From positions 16,504,996 through 16,568,995 of the forward strand of contig NC_068999.1 in the NCBI RefSeq assembly GCF_001194135.2: 64,000 bases of DNA. The letters are read 5' to 3'. Made by a program: the position numbers and the translations under genes. Shown piece by piece: positions 14,117-27,941 of the stretch (position 1 is its first letter; every line of letters starts with the position of its first letter). Source of the stretch: Octopus bimaculoides (taxonomy: Eukaryota). The notes below the pieces were generated by a model. It was given only the letters and a program-made list of their open reading frames with translations, made no database searches and had not been told where the DNA came from.

Positions 14117-14195
14117 GGGCGTTTCAGTTATCACTACTCACGAGCCTACGGCTGATAGGCGAAACTAGTCTAGTCTAGTGATCCTAGAGATGCTC
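14117..14195 (+). ncRNA. Type I hammerhead ribozyme fold with G5C core substitution
   Basis: Helix I ATCACTA (14130-36) / TAGTGAT (14176-82); core CTCACGA (consensus CUGANGA); helix II GCCTA/TAGGC with a 7-nt loop; GAA; helix III ACTA/TAGT with a GTC loop; GUC cleavage triplet ending at 14175. After a 4x4 internal loop, a distal 9-bp helix GGGCGTTTC (14117-25) / GAGATGCTC (14187-95) forms with 3 G-U pairs. Confidence 0.8.
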
Positions 14196-14199
14196 ATCT

Positions 14200-14956
14200 T
14201 GTCAGTGTAGATTGCGTGCATTTTACAGCGTTCAGAATTTTTAACTCGTATTTCTAGCCAAATGGGTGCAGCATCAGCACCCTCAGTGACTACTGATGAT
14301 GCCTAAGCTTGACGACAATATGGAAACACACCATGCAACAAAGTTTGACGCAAAACTGACCAAAATCACTACAGAAAATTATGAAATGTTCCAAATTGCT
14401 TATGGATTAACTTGTATGAGCCGAGTATCAATTTATTCTTTTCTTCTGAGTCAAAATGTCAGGCAAATTAAGTCTACCGAGAAGCCCATGATGGACAGCA
14501 GGGTATCTTCTATATCCACTGGGTTCCTTCTAGTCAGACGGTTAACAAAGAATACTTTGTTGTGGTTTTAAGACATTTCAGGAAGTGATTTCTTTGCAAA
14601 AGGCCTGTGCACATGAACCAGGAAAATGCAGCAGTTCACTGTTCAAGCCTAGTAGCCAACTACTTGACAGAGGTAAGCATCAAAACTGTTTCTTACCCTT
14701 TCTACCTTACAGATCTGTCTCTCTGTGAACTTAGGTTGTTTCTCAGGCTGAAGTAGAAGATGAAAGAGGTTATTACTTGGCTCCTGGACATCACTTGAAA
14801 TTACTTCCAAGAGGCTTTCAGAAAATGGCTAGAACACTACAAATATATTGAAGTCAGAGGATCCTCCTTTTAAGGGAGACAACCATTTTGTATTTCTTCT
14901 AAATTAAAAAATGCTTCTCTCCCGAAAATGTCTCAAAACTTCTGGAATTACCCTTG
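14200..14956 (+). mobile_element. Internally deleted mariner remnant (second lineage)
   Basis: N-terminal HHATKFDAKLTK..TENYEMFQIAYG..MSR, then VRQIKSTEKPMM, GIFYIHWVPSSQTVNKEYF, HMNQENAAVHCSSLVANYL, TVSYPFYLTDLSLCEL and FQEAFRKWLEHY. A right TIR-like end gtctcaaaacttctggaattacccttg lies at 14930-14956; no left TIR found. Confidence 0.82.
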
Positions 14957-16494
14957 ATCTGTTTTCCTGTATATCTATACATGTTTAAACAAGTCACTTA
15001 TATTCAAACTAAAAGAGGCATCACGACAATATCTGAACGTATAAAATCAGTTTTGTACAATAACATTTAAATGAGTTCATCTCGGTAACCTCAGTTACAA
15101 GCATAAATACTATCAGAAAATTATTTTGCTATATAATTAGGGAGGAATTAGCTACAATTTGGAAACATACTACAGAATTTCTACATCATTAGGTATGAGA
15201 TCTATACAGGGCAAGCAACGTTCATTTGATAAATTACTTTATCTCGATTACAGAACAATCTATGCGTTTAACCTCTAATAAATCATCATTTTTCAGAAAT
15301 ACTACTCTGTGAGAAAAAAAAAGCCACCTTTTAGAAGTCGCATAGGATTCATATAAATTCACATAAAACTTTTAATGATGATCATTTTTTTCTTTTGTCA
15401 TTTTATATCTTAATGTTTGTTGTAACGAATCTCTGAAGTTTGTATATTTCTAAAACATAATTAACTTTACCGTCTTGCATATTTATTCTTTAAATAGATG
15501 AGAGCTCTGATAAAATGAAAGATATCAAAGGCATGGAACTTACATAGAAATGCTCGTGTATTTCGTCGATATTATCTTGCTACTATAAAATAGGCACTAT
15601 AGTCTCAATTAATCTTCATAAAATCTGCAGAATAATGATGTTTGTAATTAAACACGACATCTCATTATACATTTGTTTTTATTTTTTTGTTTAAAACATT
15701 TAAAATTCAAAGCAGTTCAACTCCTTTCTATTCTGTTGCATACTTTTTGTTTAGTTTATTGGCTTCAATATACCTTCTGATGTAGTTGAAATCGTTATTC
15801 GATTTGAAATTATTTATTGTTGATATGAGTGTTGTTGTTTTATTAATCGATATTGTTTTATATTACATTCCTTATATTATGTTTTCGTAGAACATCAAAT
15901 TCTTGTGAATCACGCATGCCAACATGTCAATCCTATAAACGACATATCACTCAAGTAAGCAACCATCTGTCACATTACTTCAAAGTATGGAGAGGACAAT
16001 CTTAGAAATGGACGTTTAGCGATCTGGAGAAGAAAACGAATATGTAAGCCTCTTTAATTCGTGAATAAATCCACGATTTGTTTACAAAGAAATGAATAAG
16101 AAAGAAAACAGTAGAATACATGTTTTGTGAGAATGTATGCATTTGCAAATCAATACAGGAGTATGTTTGTGTGCGTACATTTGTGTATTTTCCTCTATGT
16201 GTATGTGAAGTGTATGAACTTAAACAAATATAAAGTGACCAAAGCAAAGAACAAAACCGATAAAATGATTAAAAAAAAACCCAATGTAATGACATAGGAA
16301 TGCGTCATAAAAACATAAGATACTTCGGAGATATGATATGGACAGAAAAAACAAATTATAAGTAAAACATCAATACACACACACATGCCCATATAGTAAA
16401 ACGCACACACATGGTCGTCGAACTGAAAATGCACATATATACACACAATTTTATGTACGTATACAGATGCATAGCTATATGTACTTATATAAGT

Positions 16495-16565
<71 letters not shown>

Positions 16566-16769
16566 CAGATAAATAGATATTATTTTCTAATACATACATT
16601 AGTATGTGTATATAAATATAAATATGTATGCATGTATGTATGTATGCGTATATATATATATATATATATATACATTTAGTGGTTCACTTTTACTTATTAA
16701 TGTATTTTTTTATTTAGAAAATAATATAGTTAAAGGAAAGATAAGATAGATCGATGGATGGAAGGTCGG

Positions 16770-16772
16770 GTG

Positions 16773-16844
<72 letters not shown>

Positions 16845-16935
16845 TCCAAACAGACAGAAAGATAGCAAAGAGAGGCACAAAGTCAGAAAAGCAGACAGAC
16901 AGACTGACAAACACACAGACTGACTGACAGACAGC
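16770..16935. repeat. (GATA)n followed by degenerate (GACA)n
   Basis: Direct read. Confidence 0.95.
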
Positions 16936-17956
16936 CAAACAGACACGTTTCTTGACAAATGGGTAGACAGACGGTTTTCAAAGTTAGCAGAAAAATTTTA
17001 AAAAATACGTTTCTTTATCTCAATATGTAACAAGTGAGATACGTTGAGAAAATTATACAGAACAAGAGATTTATCATTGCATATTTCTTCGTTTCTATCT
17101 TTCGCAAAAAAAATTAACAAAAATTGCACACAGATATACAAACATACATTTGTGCGTATGAATACATACACATATGCTTGTATATAAATATATGTGAATG
17201 GAAATAGATAAATATATAGCTTTACATACAGTCATATCTATTTACTAAGACATAAATATGTTTAGCTAAAAAATAATTCGAATCAAGGCAAAAATGAAAT
17301 AAATATTAATGAAGCACTAAACAATCTTGGCAAATACGACGAAAAATATATTAAGAGATTGAAGAAATATCAGTTCGATCGTTTTTATCAAAATTTCTAG
17401 TTTGCAGTTACTTGCTTCCGATGACATCCTTAATCGCTAAAATTCATATCTCTAATATTACAGTATATCAGATATAAATTTGAGTTAGATTACCTACGAA
17501 TTTTCTGTCTGTCAACGGGACAATATAGTTAAGATATAAATCGTATATCATTTTGCTTTGTTTTATGTTTTCCTTTTCTCTCTCCCCACCATTATAATGA
17601 AGCAACTTCGAGAAGCATACAAATGATGAAAAAGAAAATTAAGAGTGACAACGAAGAAAAAAAAAAACTATTATTGTTGAAGCTCCTGCAGCATGCACCC
17701 CGTTTATGCATATGTATATATATAAAATTAGTCTTCATATAATGATGATATTTCTGCTATTAGTTGTAAATGACATTTTAATTCTTAGTTCATAGAAAGT
17801 TATATTGCCATTGCATGCAACAATAGATATGATAATTCTTTTAAAATTAGTACATCTGTCCCGTAAGATTCTCCCCCTCTCAACATGTGTGACTTACTGT
17901 TTTGTATATACATATATACGTGTGTGCGCGTGTGTGTGTGTATCGTTATTAAAGAT

Positions 17957-18370
17957 GTGGTTGTGGTAAGGAACTTGTTTCGCTTCCACACGGATCCGGG
18001 TTCAATCTCACTGCGTGACACCTTGGGCAGGTATCTTTTGCTATAGCCTCGGGAGCACAAAAGACTTGTAATTGGTTTTGAAACACGGAAACTGAAAAAG
18101 GCCCACCATATACATACATACATATATATATGCATATATATATATATATATATATATATANNNNNNNNNNCTGAAAAAGGCCCACCATATACATACATAC
18201 ATATATATATGCATGTGTGTTTTTCTGCGTGTGTTTGTCCCCCTCACCACCACCGATTGAGAACCGGGGTTCGTGTATTTACGTCACCGTTATCTAGCGC
18301 TCTCTCCAAAAATTGACAAAATAAGTACTGGGCTTCAGAAATATGTCCTGATGTCGATTTGTTCCAGTCA
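17957..18370 (+). mobile_element. tRNA-headed SINE (family C) with internal (TA)/(CATA) microsatellite and N gap
   Basis: Head gtggttgtggtaag...gggttcaatctcactgcgtgacaccttgggcagg; matches the reverse complement of the 27533-27941 copy. Confidence 0.8.
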
Positions 18371-18754
18371 GATGACTGGAACAAGAAGAAAATAGAATTT
18401 ATATATGTATATTTCTTGAATTTCTTTAAAGCGTTTCAAATTTAAAACTGCGGTCATGCTGAGGTACCAACATTGGCTGTGTAACACGATTATTTGGAAT
18501 CTCCTCTGATATGTGGCATTTAGAGAAAGACGCAGCCTCGCACAGCTGCCCTCAATTTTGTTTCCGCCGTGAGGTAGGCTCATCTGGAGACCCTGGAAGG
18601 AGAGGATGCAACCTCGTCTTGAAGGCACCCACACCCACACCATACATGTATCAAAGGTATTTTGGTGGGATATTGACGACGTGTAGGTCCTTGAAAACAA
18701 ATTTGTTGCACAGTAGCTAGTCTTGTATATTGATAGTGTTGCTGGGATCCTTAG

Positions 18755-18795
<41 letters not shown>

Positions 18796-18799
18796 CATA

Positions 18800-19341
18800 T
18801 TTTTTTCATTGTAGCCCTCCTCTGAAGTCCGGCTTTGTGCAGCTCCCGCCGAACAGTTTTTGTTGAAATTGGGTTGTCAAGGTTGTCATTAAACTCTGCA
18901 GTAATTTTGGAAGCTGTTCTTTTGTGATCCTGTCTAACAATTCGCTTAAGAGTCCGACAGTCACTATCTGAACGTTTGGTCTTCTTCCGTTTTGTTTCGA
19001 CGATGAGGTTTTTCCCTCATTCTCAAAGGCTTTCATTACTTTCAAGACAGCACATCTAGATATACCAAACATTTCGGCTGTTTTCGTTACGCTAGCGCCT
19101 GTCATAAGAGCACCAACAACTTAACCTCTGTGAAAGTCCAATAGACCTGTCATTTTAATGAATTTTAATTACCTTTTTCTGATGATATCTGAAAACAGAC
19201 AGCAAGTTTAGCAAAAACATATTATGCACCATTAATAATAAATAAAACAACAGACAAAAACAAGCTTTTGAAAGTTTTATAGATATTTCAAAATTATGAT
19301 GCTATGATGCCAGGTGTTTCGATTATTTTGTCCAACCACTG
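18800..19341 (-). mobile_element. Truncated Tc1-like transposon (5' TIR plus DNA-binding domain only)
   Basis: TA-CAGTGGTTGGACAAAATAATCGAAACACC terminus at 19341 (TA at 19342-43). Translation MTGLLDFHRG*VVGALMTGASVTKTAEMFG...RTLKRIVRQDHKRTASKITAEFN..PISTKTVRRELHKAG is typical of the Tc1 N-terminus. The element ends in a (TA)n run. Confidence 0.88.
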
Positions 19342-19452
19342 TATGTCTGTATGCATGTATGTATGTATGGATGGATGTATATATGTATGTATCTATTTAT
19401 CTAATATATATATAAGTTAGCTAGATACATACATACACATGCACACACACAT

Positions 19453-19483
<31 letters not shown>

Positions 19484-20218
19484 NNNNNNNNNNNNNNNNN
19501 NNNNNNNNNNNNNNNNNNNNNNNNNNNNNNNNNNNNNNNNNNNNNNNNNNNNNNNNNNNNNNNNNNNNNNNNNNNNNATATATATGTATATACACTTATA
19601 TACTTATATGTGTCTGTAAAAAAATCTCCGGATAAATGATACAAGTGAAGCATGAACAATTTTATCAGTAATAAGATAGTATTAGTATGCTGATAAATAG
19701 CTGAGCGAATTTATATTAAAAATATATACATGTAAGAAAAAAAAATGCAAGATAATAATTATTGTGCTCATCAGACAATCTTGCAGTCATCTTATTAAAT
19801 TACAGAAATAATATCTTGCAGAAATTTAAAAATATGTTTAATATGTTTACTGAAGATTGCAACGACAACTAATGTAGAGGACCATTAATATATCTGAACC
19901 AAACCAACTCGGCGTTCATATTTCGATACGAAGTAACATTACGCTTCTACAGTTTTTTTTTGCTGTTGTTTTTTGTTGTTTTTTGTTGTTGAGTTTTGTT
20001 TTTCTTATGTCGGTATTGAATTATGTAGAACTGTCGCTGTTACCATTATGCGACGGGAACGCAAACATACCACCACCGGCTACCCAGCAGTGGTGGGGAC
20101 AAGCACGACAACAGGTACAAATATGTACTCATATAGATGTAAGTATATATGTAGATGTGAATGTGTATGTTTGTTCGTGTATGTGTGCGTCTGTTTGTGT
20201 GTGTTTGTGTGTGATTTT

Positions 20219-20258
<40 letters not shown>

Positions 20259-20314
20259 TCATATACATATATATATACATATACATACATATATACATAT
20301 ACATACATATATAC

Positions 20315-20441
<127 letters not shown>

Positions 20442-20872
20442 CATAGAAGTGTACGTATATATGTACATACATAAATATATATGTATGCATATACATACAT
20501 ACATACATGCATATATACACACAATACACGCACACACGCGCGCACAATCACATACACGTATGTATAGTCATTGGTCGGCCCGCAGATCTAGTGCCAAGTG
20601 GTATAAGTAAATGACTGATCCTAGAAATTCCGGCTACACAAATTATAGCTAAGTTTATTACCTCTCAGCCACGTATATGTTCAGATATACTTAAGGTCTT
20701 CAAAATAAGACAAACTGCTGATGTTGCTACCACTACTGCTACTAGTACCACTGAGTTTCGACATTAGTTCGAAATCATAAATTATTTGGGCTGCCATCTT
20801 TTCCTAGATCGAATTGCAAATGTGGAAAGGTCGAACATAATTTAGTGTCTCAATATACACCGTAGTTATAGG

Positions 20873-21062
20873 ACACCTGACAAAATATGTTGTACTATAA
20901 AGTTCCGTCTCTTAGCGGCATTTCATCCGTTTTTACGTTCTCTGAAAAGATGAAAGACTAACTGTGCCTTTGATCTTTCCAGAGTTTAGCGGCTGAACAG
21001 TAGAGTCCATGGAATCGACTAGCCGCTTTTCCCAAAATTTCAGGACTTGTGATTTATGTAGA
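20873..21062 (+). mobile_element. Degenerate family A SINE
   Basis: ttagcggcatttcatccgtttttacgttct...aatcgactagcc...cccaaaatttcagg shared with other family A copies. Confidence 0.6.
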
Positions 21063-23464
21063 AAGAATAATTGAAGTTCGATTCTGTGCGTCCTCACCGG
21101 GGTATTTTTTAATTTTATTTTCGGTTGTATATCAGGTTGATCTTTTCATTATAAGTTCATGGCTGTGTACTTAATAACTTACACATTGAGTACTGAAAAG
21201 AGCAGGAGGTGGGGTGGGAGAAACAAAGCACTTTTTGATTCAGTAGATGGCTGCTATGAATTATATATATGAATGGATTCGAATTTGAAATCAAAGGGAA
21301 TTTGATTTTCCATTTCATCTCGTGATCCCTCTTATATCAATTAATTCTACTATTTCATTCTAGAAAGTAATTAGGATGCAATTTTAATAACATAATATCG
21401 CTATGAGGTAACCCGTTTCCTTTTTCTTTCTCATTGAGATACTCCTAACAAAGATTGACACAAATATATACCTTATGTTGTGTGTTTAAGTATAAGCCCA
21501 GTATCTATGTTGTCTTTCTGATACAAGTGCAAATGGATATTACAGAAACAGAAGAGTATATATTATAGATTGGCTTCCGCCATAGAAATGTATCATGTGT
21601 GTATGTTTGTGCTTGTTTTCAGTACATTAATCTGGACATGTCACAGTCGTCCTATGGTAAATTGTATTCGTCGTATGGGTCCAGGAAATTCTGTAAGCCC
21701 GTGCTTGTCTTAAAATTGACGGCAGTTTTCAGTTAACAATGTCAGCCTTGTTATTTATCTCTTGTCTCATTAATGTTTCTCGTTACTGTGAAACACGTTG
21801 TTTAGGTATCTCAGCGGAGGTTAGTGCCTATTAGTGATTTATAGATGCATCAATTATGGACATACACTGTCGTACATCAACCATAAAACATACATATTTA
21901 TAAACTCACAAGTACATATACACTTAAATATGTGTATTATATTTATAGCTCAAAATTTATAGAAAACAAGAGTACAGAAACAGTTGTGGGAGCAACAAGC
22001 AGGTGTACTAGTTTGATGGTCGGAGAAAATAGAAAAGTATTTGACGTTTCGAGCCCACCCTCTTTGACAGAAAGGGATGGTATGAACAAAACATGGGAAG
22101 TGAGAGAAAAAGCCGGAGACAGAAAATAATTTGTCGGGATTAACAATTCCACATATATGTGTGCGTATGCCGTTTTAAAATGAAATCTGAAAAATTAAGT
22201 AGACAATACTATATTCGGAAACAATAATAGAGTATAAGGAGCTGAAGATTCAAATGAATGTCTTATTTACTACATAACTTTTTTCTGTGATATAGTAGGT
22301 GACCGAGAATATTAAATAAATCTTCAACCTTAAATATGATCTATTGTTAAACAAGAATATAAGTAACAATGTACCAAACACTCGGAAATCAAACAAATTT
22401 AGAGAGAGAAATGAGATACACAAGAGAAAAAAAGATGAATGTTTTTAATACTGCCTATATAGACTCCAAACCTCATAGACAAACTGCGAACACTTATTAT
22501 TGAATTCGGAGAAAGTTAAGAATACTATTTCTTAATCATCTAGTACATAATAAAGGAAAGTCATTTGTACATTGAAGGAATTCCATTCAAACATTCTCAG
22601 TTATTATGTTTCACTACTCAACATATAATTATGTGTTATTGTTAGACAGCCATTGAATCTTTTAATATTATATTATTTGTAAAGGACATTTTCCAGTAGA
22701 TAAAACGATCTTTTGTGATAACCGACTGCTTGAACAACCAGTTACAATCAAGCTCCGATAATATATTTAACTTGTTAAATTTTATACAACTTCTACACTT
22801 TCAAAGAATTGATTTGTGTATAGAGTGGAAATATCTATGAATAGTGAAGTATGTGTAATTATTTCTATATACGTATATTATCTTTTTTATATATTTTGAA
22901 TTTTGGATATGATTATATTTCTCACGAAACGACACTTGGTTTCATTTGAAAACACATATCTTACAACATTAAACGAATTTTCGAATTTGAGAAAACAAGA
23001 ATCGGATTTTAGTATATATCAGTAAAAACTGTTGAAAAGATGAGGCACTAAACTATACGACTCAAAATCACATGTTCAAATTGACTGAAAGATATTTTCT
23101 GTATTTCTGGAGGTGACGTATTAGATTTTAAAATATATATATTACATGATACGCAGTACATTTACTCATTTCTCGCATTTGAATATCGGGAGCAATTTGA
23201 TAAAAAGGTAATAGGTTCTGATAAGATAGTAATAGGGTGCATTATTCGATGAAATATTAAAAGGGTGCAATTAACATCCCAAATGTTTCTTTATGAAGTG
23301 TTTCTCAGTTTTTGGTTGCAGTATATGTCGTTTTGCAGACTATAGACTTTAAAATTGCTCATTATTCTCCAATGGTATAAAACATGTACAAATCTGATTT
23401 TGCCTCATTCACTTATATTCTTTTTACGTACATAGATCAGACCAAACAACTGACAAAGGAACAC

Positions 23465-23470
23465 ACATAC

Positions 23471-23515
<45 letters not shown>

Positions 23516-23690
23516 CAAACAGAGATACATACATACATATATACATACATACATATATACAGACATACAGACATATATGAATAGGTAGATTCATGAATGG
23601 ATGGATGGATGGATTAGCTGATATATGGTTGAATACAAAGATTAACATATAAATAGATGGCTAAAGAGAGAGAGAGGGGGGATATTAGGG

Positions 23691-23748
<58 letters not shown>

Positions 23749-23831
23749 AAGAGTCAGGTAAACTGACGGTCAGACAGACAAACAGACAGACAGACAAACA
23801 GACATATAAGATAGATAGATAGATAGATAGA
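23465..23831. repeat. Compound tetranucleotide satellite (GATA)/(CATA)/(GGAT)/(GACA) running into an N gap
   Basis: Direct read. Confidence 0.93.
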
Positions 23832-25132
23832 NNNNNNNNNNNNNNNNNNNNNNNNNNNNNNNNNNNNNNNNNNNNNNNNNNNNNNNNNNNNNNNNNNNNN
23901 NNNNNNNNNNNNNNNNNNNNNNNNNNNNNNNNNNNNNNNNNNNNNNNNNNNNNNNNNNNNNNNNNNNNNNNNNNNNNNNNNNNNNNNNNNNNNNNNNNNN
24001 NNNNNNNNNNNNNNNNNNNNNNNNNNNNNNNNNNNNNNNNNNNNNNNNNNNNNNNNNNNNNNNNNNNNNNNNNNNNNNNNNNNNNNNNNNNNNNNNNNNN
24101 NNNNNNNNNTATATATATAGCAGCAATTTCACCATTCATTGTTACATTTTCTAAAACATCGTGTTACAAATTTAGCATATTAAGAGAATTAGAGAATATC
24201 ATTTACAAATAAAATATGCCTTGATTAAATTCCGAATGGAGCAAAAAAAATCATTCTATTGAGCTTTGTAGGTTTGTTTTTGTATTTATAACAAATAAGA
24301 GGCTATTGTGAAGAATGAACGGATGAACTCCAAGAAGGAAACGATAGCTAATCACTATGTTTATTTTGACAAGAAATAGGTTTTCCTTTTTCATTCTATT
24401 CTCGTTGCCTCTACGCTGTTCTTGAACAGTTGTATCAATAAACATAACCTAAGAAATGCGAAATAAGAGACGTTAAAGACTCTCTTACAGCTTATTCTTT
24501 CCTGTATATGTCTACTTCCTCAAGATATGTATACGTAAGTGTATATGTGTGTATATTTATCTGCCTCTGTATGTACGTTCGTGTTTGTGTCTGTGTGTGT
24601 GTATGTGTCTGTGTGTTTCTATCAGCTGTGAATGTGTTTGGAGGTATGTGTAAGTTAGCTTAAAGATATGAGGTGTCAGAAATTATTAAGCTAAACACAA
24701 GCTTACAAAAGACAAAAAGAATACGCTGTGGGTAGATAGAAGACAGCGAAAATAATGTGTGTGTATGTGTATGTATGTATGGATGTACGTATGTATGTAT
24801 GTATGTATGTATGTACATTGGTTGGCTTCCTGGTCGTATTTCGTACGATAGAGCGCTGCGAATGAATAAATATACTGATTTCGTGAAACAACGAACGTAT
24901 TGACACAGCTGAGATAGAAGAAATCTCTCACCAGAAAAAACAAAAGTGTGCTATAGAGGATATAAGCCTCAAACTGTCATCGCATACTTTTGCTATCATA
25001 TAATTCTTTCTTGGTTTATATATGTAGGAATAGATAAAAGACTAAGATAAAGAGTGTACCTCTATTTATAAAACTATTATCCCTCTCTTTAGGTAGGTAT
25101 TCGTGACTGCTTATGTGAGAATGGTGTGTATG

Positions 25133-25225
<93 letters not shown>

Positions 25226-26229
25226 ATGTAGGTGTATATGTATACATAGATATGCATATATATTTATTATGGTTTTGCTTAGATATATCAATACCTATTA
25301 CTTGTTGCTAGAACTCGATGTATATCTGCTCTTCCGTTTTAAAGTAAGACACCAGGTGAGTAAGGTGCATATTGCCAATTGAACTCAGATCTAAGTGGTC
25401 TTGCATTACAGATTACATCTGGTTCGCATTCAAAAGAATCATTATTGTGGAAAGTTCTTCAGTACATACGGTTGGTTACATGCATAAAGAAATATACACT
25501 ACAAAGTAATACGAGACCTCAGACGTGATAGCAATGCTTCGTCCAGTAGAATAAGGTGTAAACTAAACGTCAGTTGGTGCTTTGTGCTCGTGAACAAAAC
25601 ACTTCGTATCACATTACTTTGCGATCACTTCAACATCTGACGCCTGATACAACGTTCACGTGTTCAGGCAACGTCGATTTAATGGCGAGAGTGAACTAAC
25701 GTCCGGCATGAACATTCGATCACTTCAAACAAATCCTTTTTGTAGGTCGTTCGGCAAAACCTTAACGATCATACGTCGTTTTCGACAGAAGAGTCTATCT
25801 ATATGTGTGTGTGTGTGCGTGTGTATGCATACAAAATCACGACGAAATACGCAGTACACACAGTACTTATGAAACGACTGCACAGTAATAACACATATAT
25901 GTGTGTCTGTATCAATGTATGCATGTGAGTAGAATATATATCGTCACAGTGTATATGTGTGCGTGTATTCCTTTTCATCAGAAAAAGTGCAATGAGTGGT
26001 TAGTTTTGATAAAGAGCAAAAAGAGGAAATCACGACACACTGAATATTTAAAAAAATCTATTTATGGCAGAGAATAAGAGGCAAACTGAAGAATACTCAA
26101 GAGTACAAAGATCTATATAACTGGAGCCAAGAATTTCAGACTTTATCTGATGCAGCAGAAATGTTACAACGCTTTAAAAGTCTTATTTCTTACATACAAG
26201 ATGTGCTCTTGTCAACTGACACATATAAC

Positions 26230-26905
26230 CAAATGAGTTCATATATTCTTACTTTTCATTTTCTTTCTTTCTTCTTATTTTGCGTTTCCATTTCTTTTCC
26301 CCATTTTTCTCTTTTTTTAGTCTCCTCATTTTTTATGATGTGGTTCTCCATTTTCTTCTACTTCATTTTCTTCTAATCTTTCTCATCCTTTCTTCTTTCT
26401 CTTCTCCTTCATCTCCTTTATTTTCTTCCTTCTCTTCTTCTCTCTTCTTCTTCTACTTTCCTTCTTTTCCTTTCTCTTCTTTTCCTTTCTCTTCTTTCTT
26501 TTCTTCTGCTTCTTTCTTTTCTTCTTCTTTTTCTTCTTCGTCTCTTCTCTTCCTCTTCTACATTTCTTCTTAGTCTTTCTTCTACTTCCTCCCTTTCTTA
26601 CTCTTCTTTTCTTCAACGTCTGTCCTTTTTCTTCTTATTATTCCTCTTCTCTTTCTACTTTTCTTTCTCTTCCTTCTTATTTCTTTTTCATCATCATCAT
26701 CTTCTCCTCCTCCTTTTTTTCTACTTCCTCTTCTTTTTCTTCTTCTTCTCCTTCTTCTCCTCCTTCCTCTTCCTCTTCTTCTTCTTCGTCTTCTCCTCCT
26801 CCTCCACCTTCTTCAAAATCATCACCATCATCGTCTTCATCATTATCATCTTAATTATCTACTACTACTACTACTACTACTTCTTATTTTTCCTCCTCCT
26901 CCTCT
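26230..26905. repeat. ~680 bp polypyrimidine low-complexity tract (TCT/TTC/CCT rich)
   Basis: Plus strand is almost exclusively C/T over most of the interval. Confidence 0.93.
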
Positions 26906-27532
26906 ACTGCAAATTCCACATTCAGTTATTTTGCCTATTTGTATTACCCTTTAAAACCTCAACCGGGATACAGTTGCTGAAATACAATCACCGATATTTA
27001 ACTATGAATTTAAGTGCTCAGGTGAAACATGAACTTTCACGTGTATGGTATTATTTTTCAATAATTTAGTTCAATTATTTTCAATCAATTCCTTTCCCCT
27101 TATACAGAAATCCCGACGAGCAGAACATCGTATCTATTGAGAATATGTGATTTCCAGAGATACGGGGCGTCGGACTTACACTTCTTTATTATAACGATAT
27201 GAGTTTGGTCTCAAGTATTCACAGAATTTCTCTTCTCAGACGAAATATTGCTGAGTGGTTATCGACAATATTTCATTGTCAAATACGGCCAGATCTACCG
27301 AAAATACACATTATTAAAAAAGTACGATATCAGTAGTGGCCTGCATGCAAAGAACTGTTCTACATATTTTACATACACATATACATGTGTGTATATTGTG
27401 TGTGCATATCTGTATCTATACTTATCTATCCTTCAATAAATATATATCAATCTATATCTATCTCTCTAGCTATCTATCGATCTATCAATCTATCTTTCTA
27501 TCTATCTATCCATCCAGCGATCTATCGTTACT

Positions 27533-27941
27533 CTTTTACTTGTTTCAGTCATTTGACTGCGGTCATGCTGGAGCAGCACCTTTTAGTCGAGCAAATCGAC
27601 CCCAGGACTTATTCGTTGGGAGCCTAGTACATATTCTATCATTCACTTTTGACGAACCGCTATGTTACGGGGACGTAAATACACCACCATCGGTTGTAAA
27701 GCGATGCTGGGGGGGGGGCAAATACAGACACACAAACATATACACACACATACATACTCATACATATACATATATACGACGGGCTTCTTTCAGTTTCCGT
27801 CTATCAAATCCACTCACAAGGCTTTCGGTCGGCCCGAGGCTATAGTAGAAGACACTTGCCCACTGTGCCACGCAGTGGGAATGAACTCGGATCCATGTGG
27901 TTGGTAAGCAATCTACTTACCACACAGCCACTCCTGCGCCT
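27533..27941 (-). mobile_element. Apparently full-length tRNA-headed SINE (family C)
   Basis: Minus-strand head GGCGCAGGAGTGGCTGTGTGGTAAG (A-box-like) and GAGTTCATTCC (B-box-like), internal (TA/TG) microsatellite, and a body shared with copies at 18.0, 38.8, 41.4, 44.6 and 49.6 kb. Confidence 0.88.

Noticed and set aside
18092-18213. Exact ~43-bp direct repeat either side of a 10-N gap
   Set aside because: Typical unmerged contig overlap (assembly artefact).
26280-26616. K/R-rich (minus) and S/F-rich (plus) ORFs
   Set aside because: By-product of the polypyrimidine tract.
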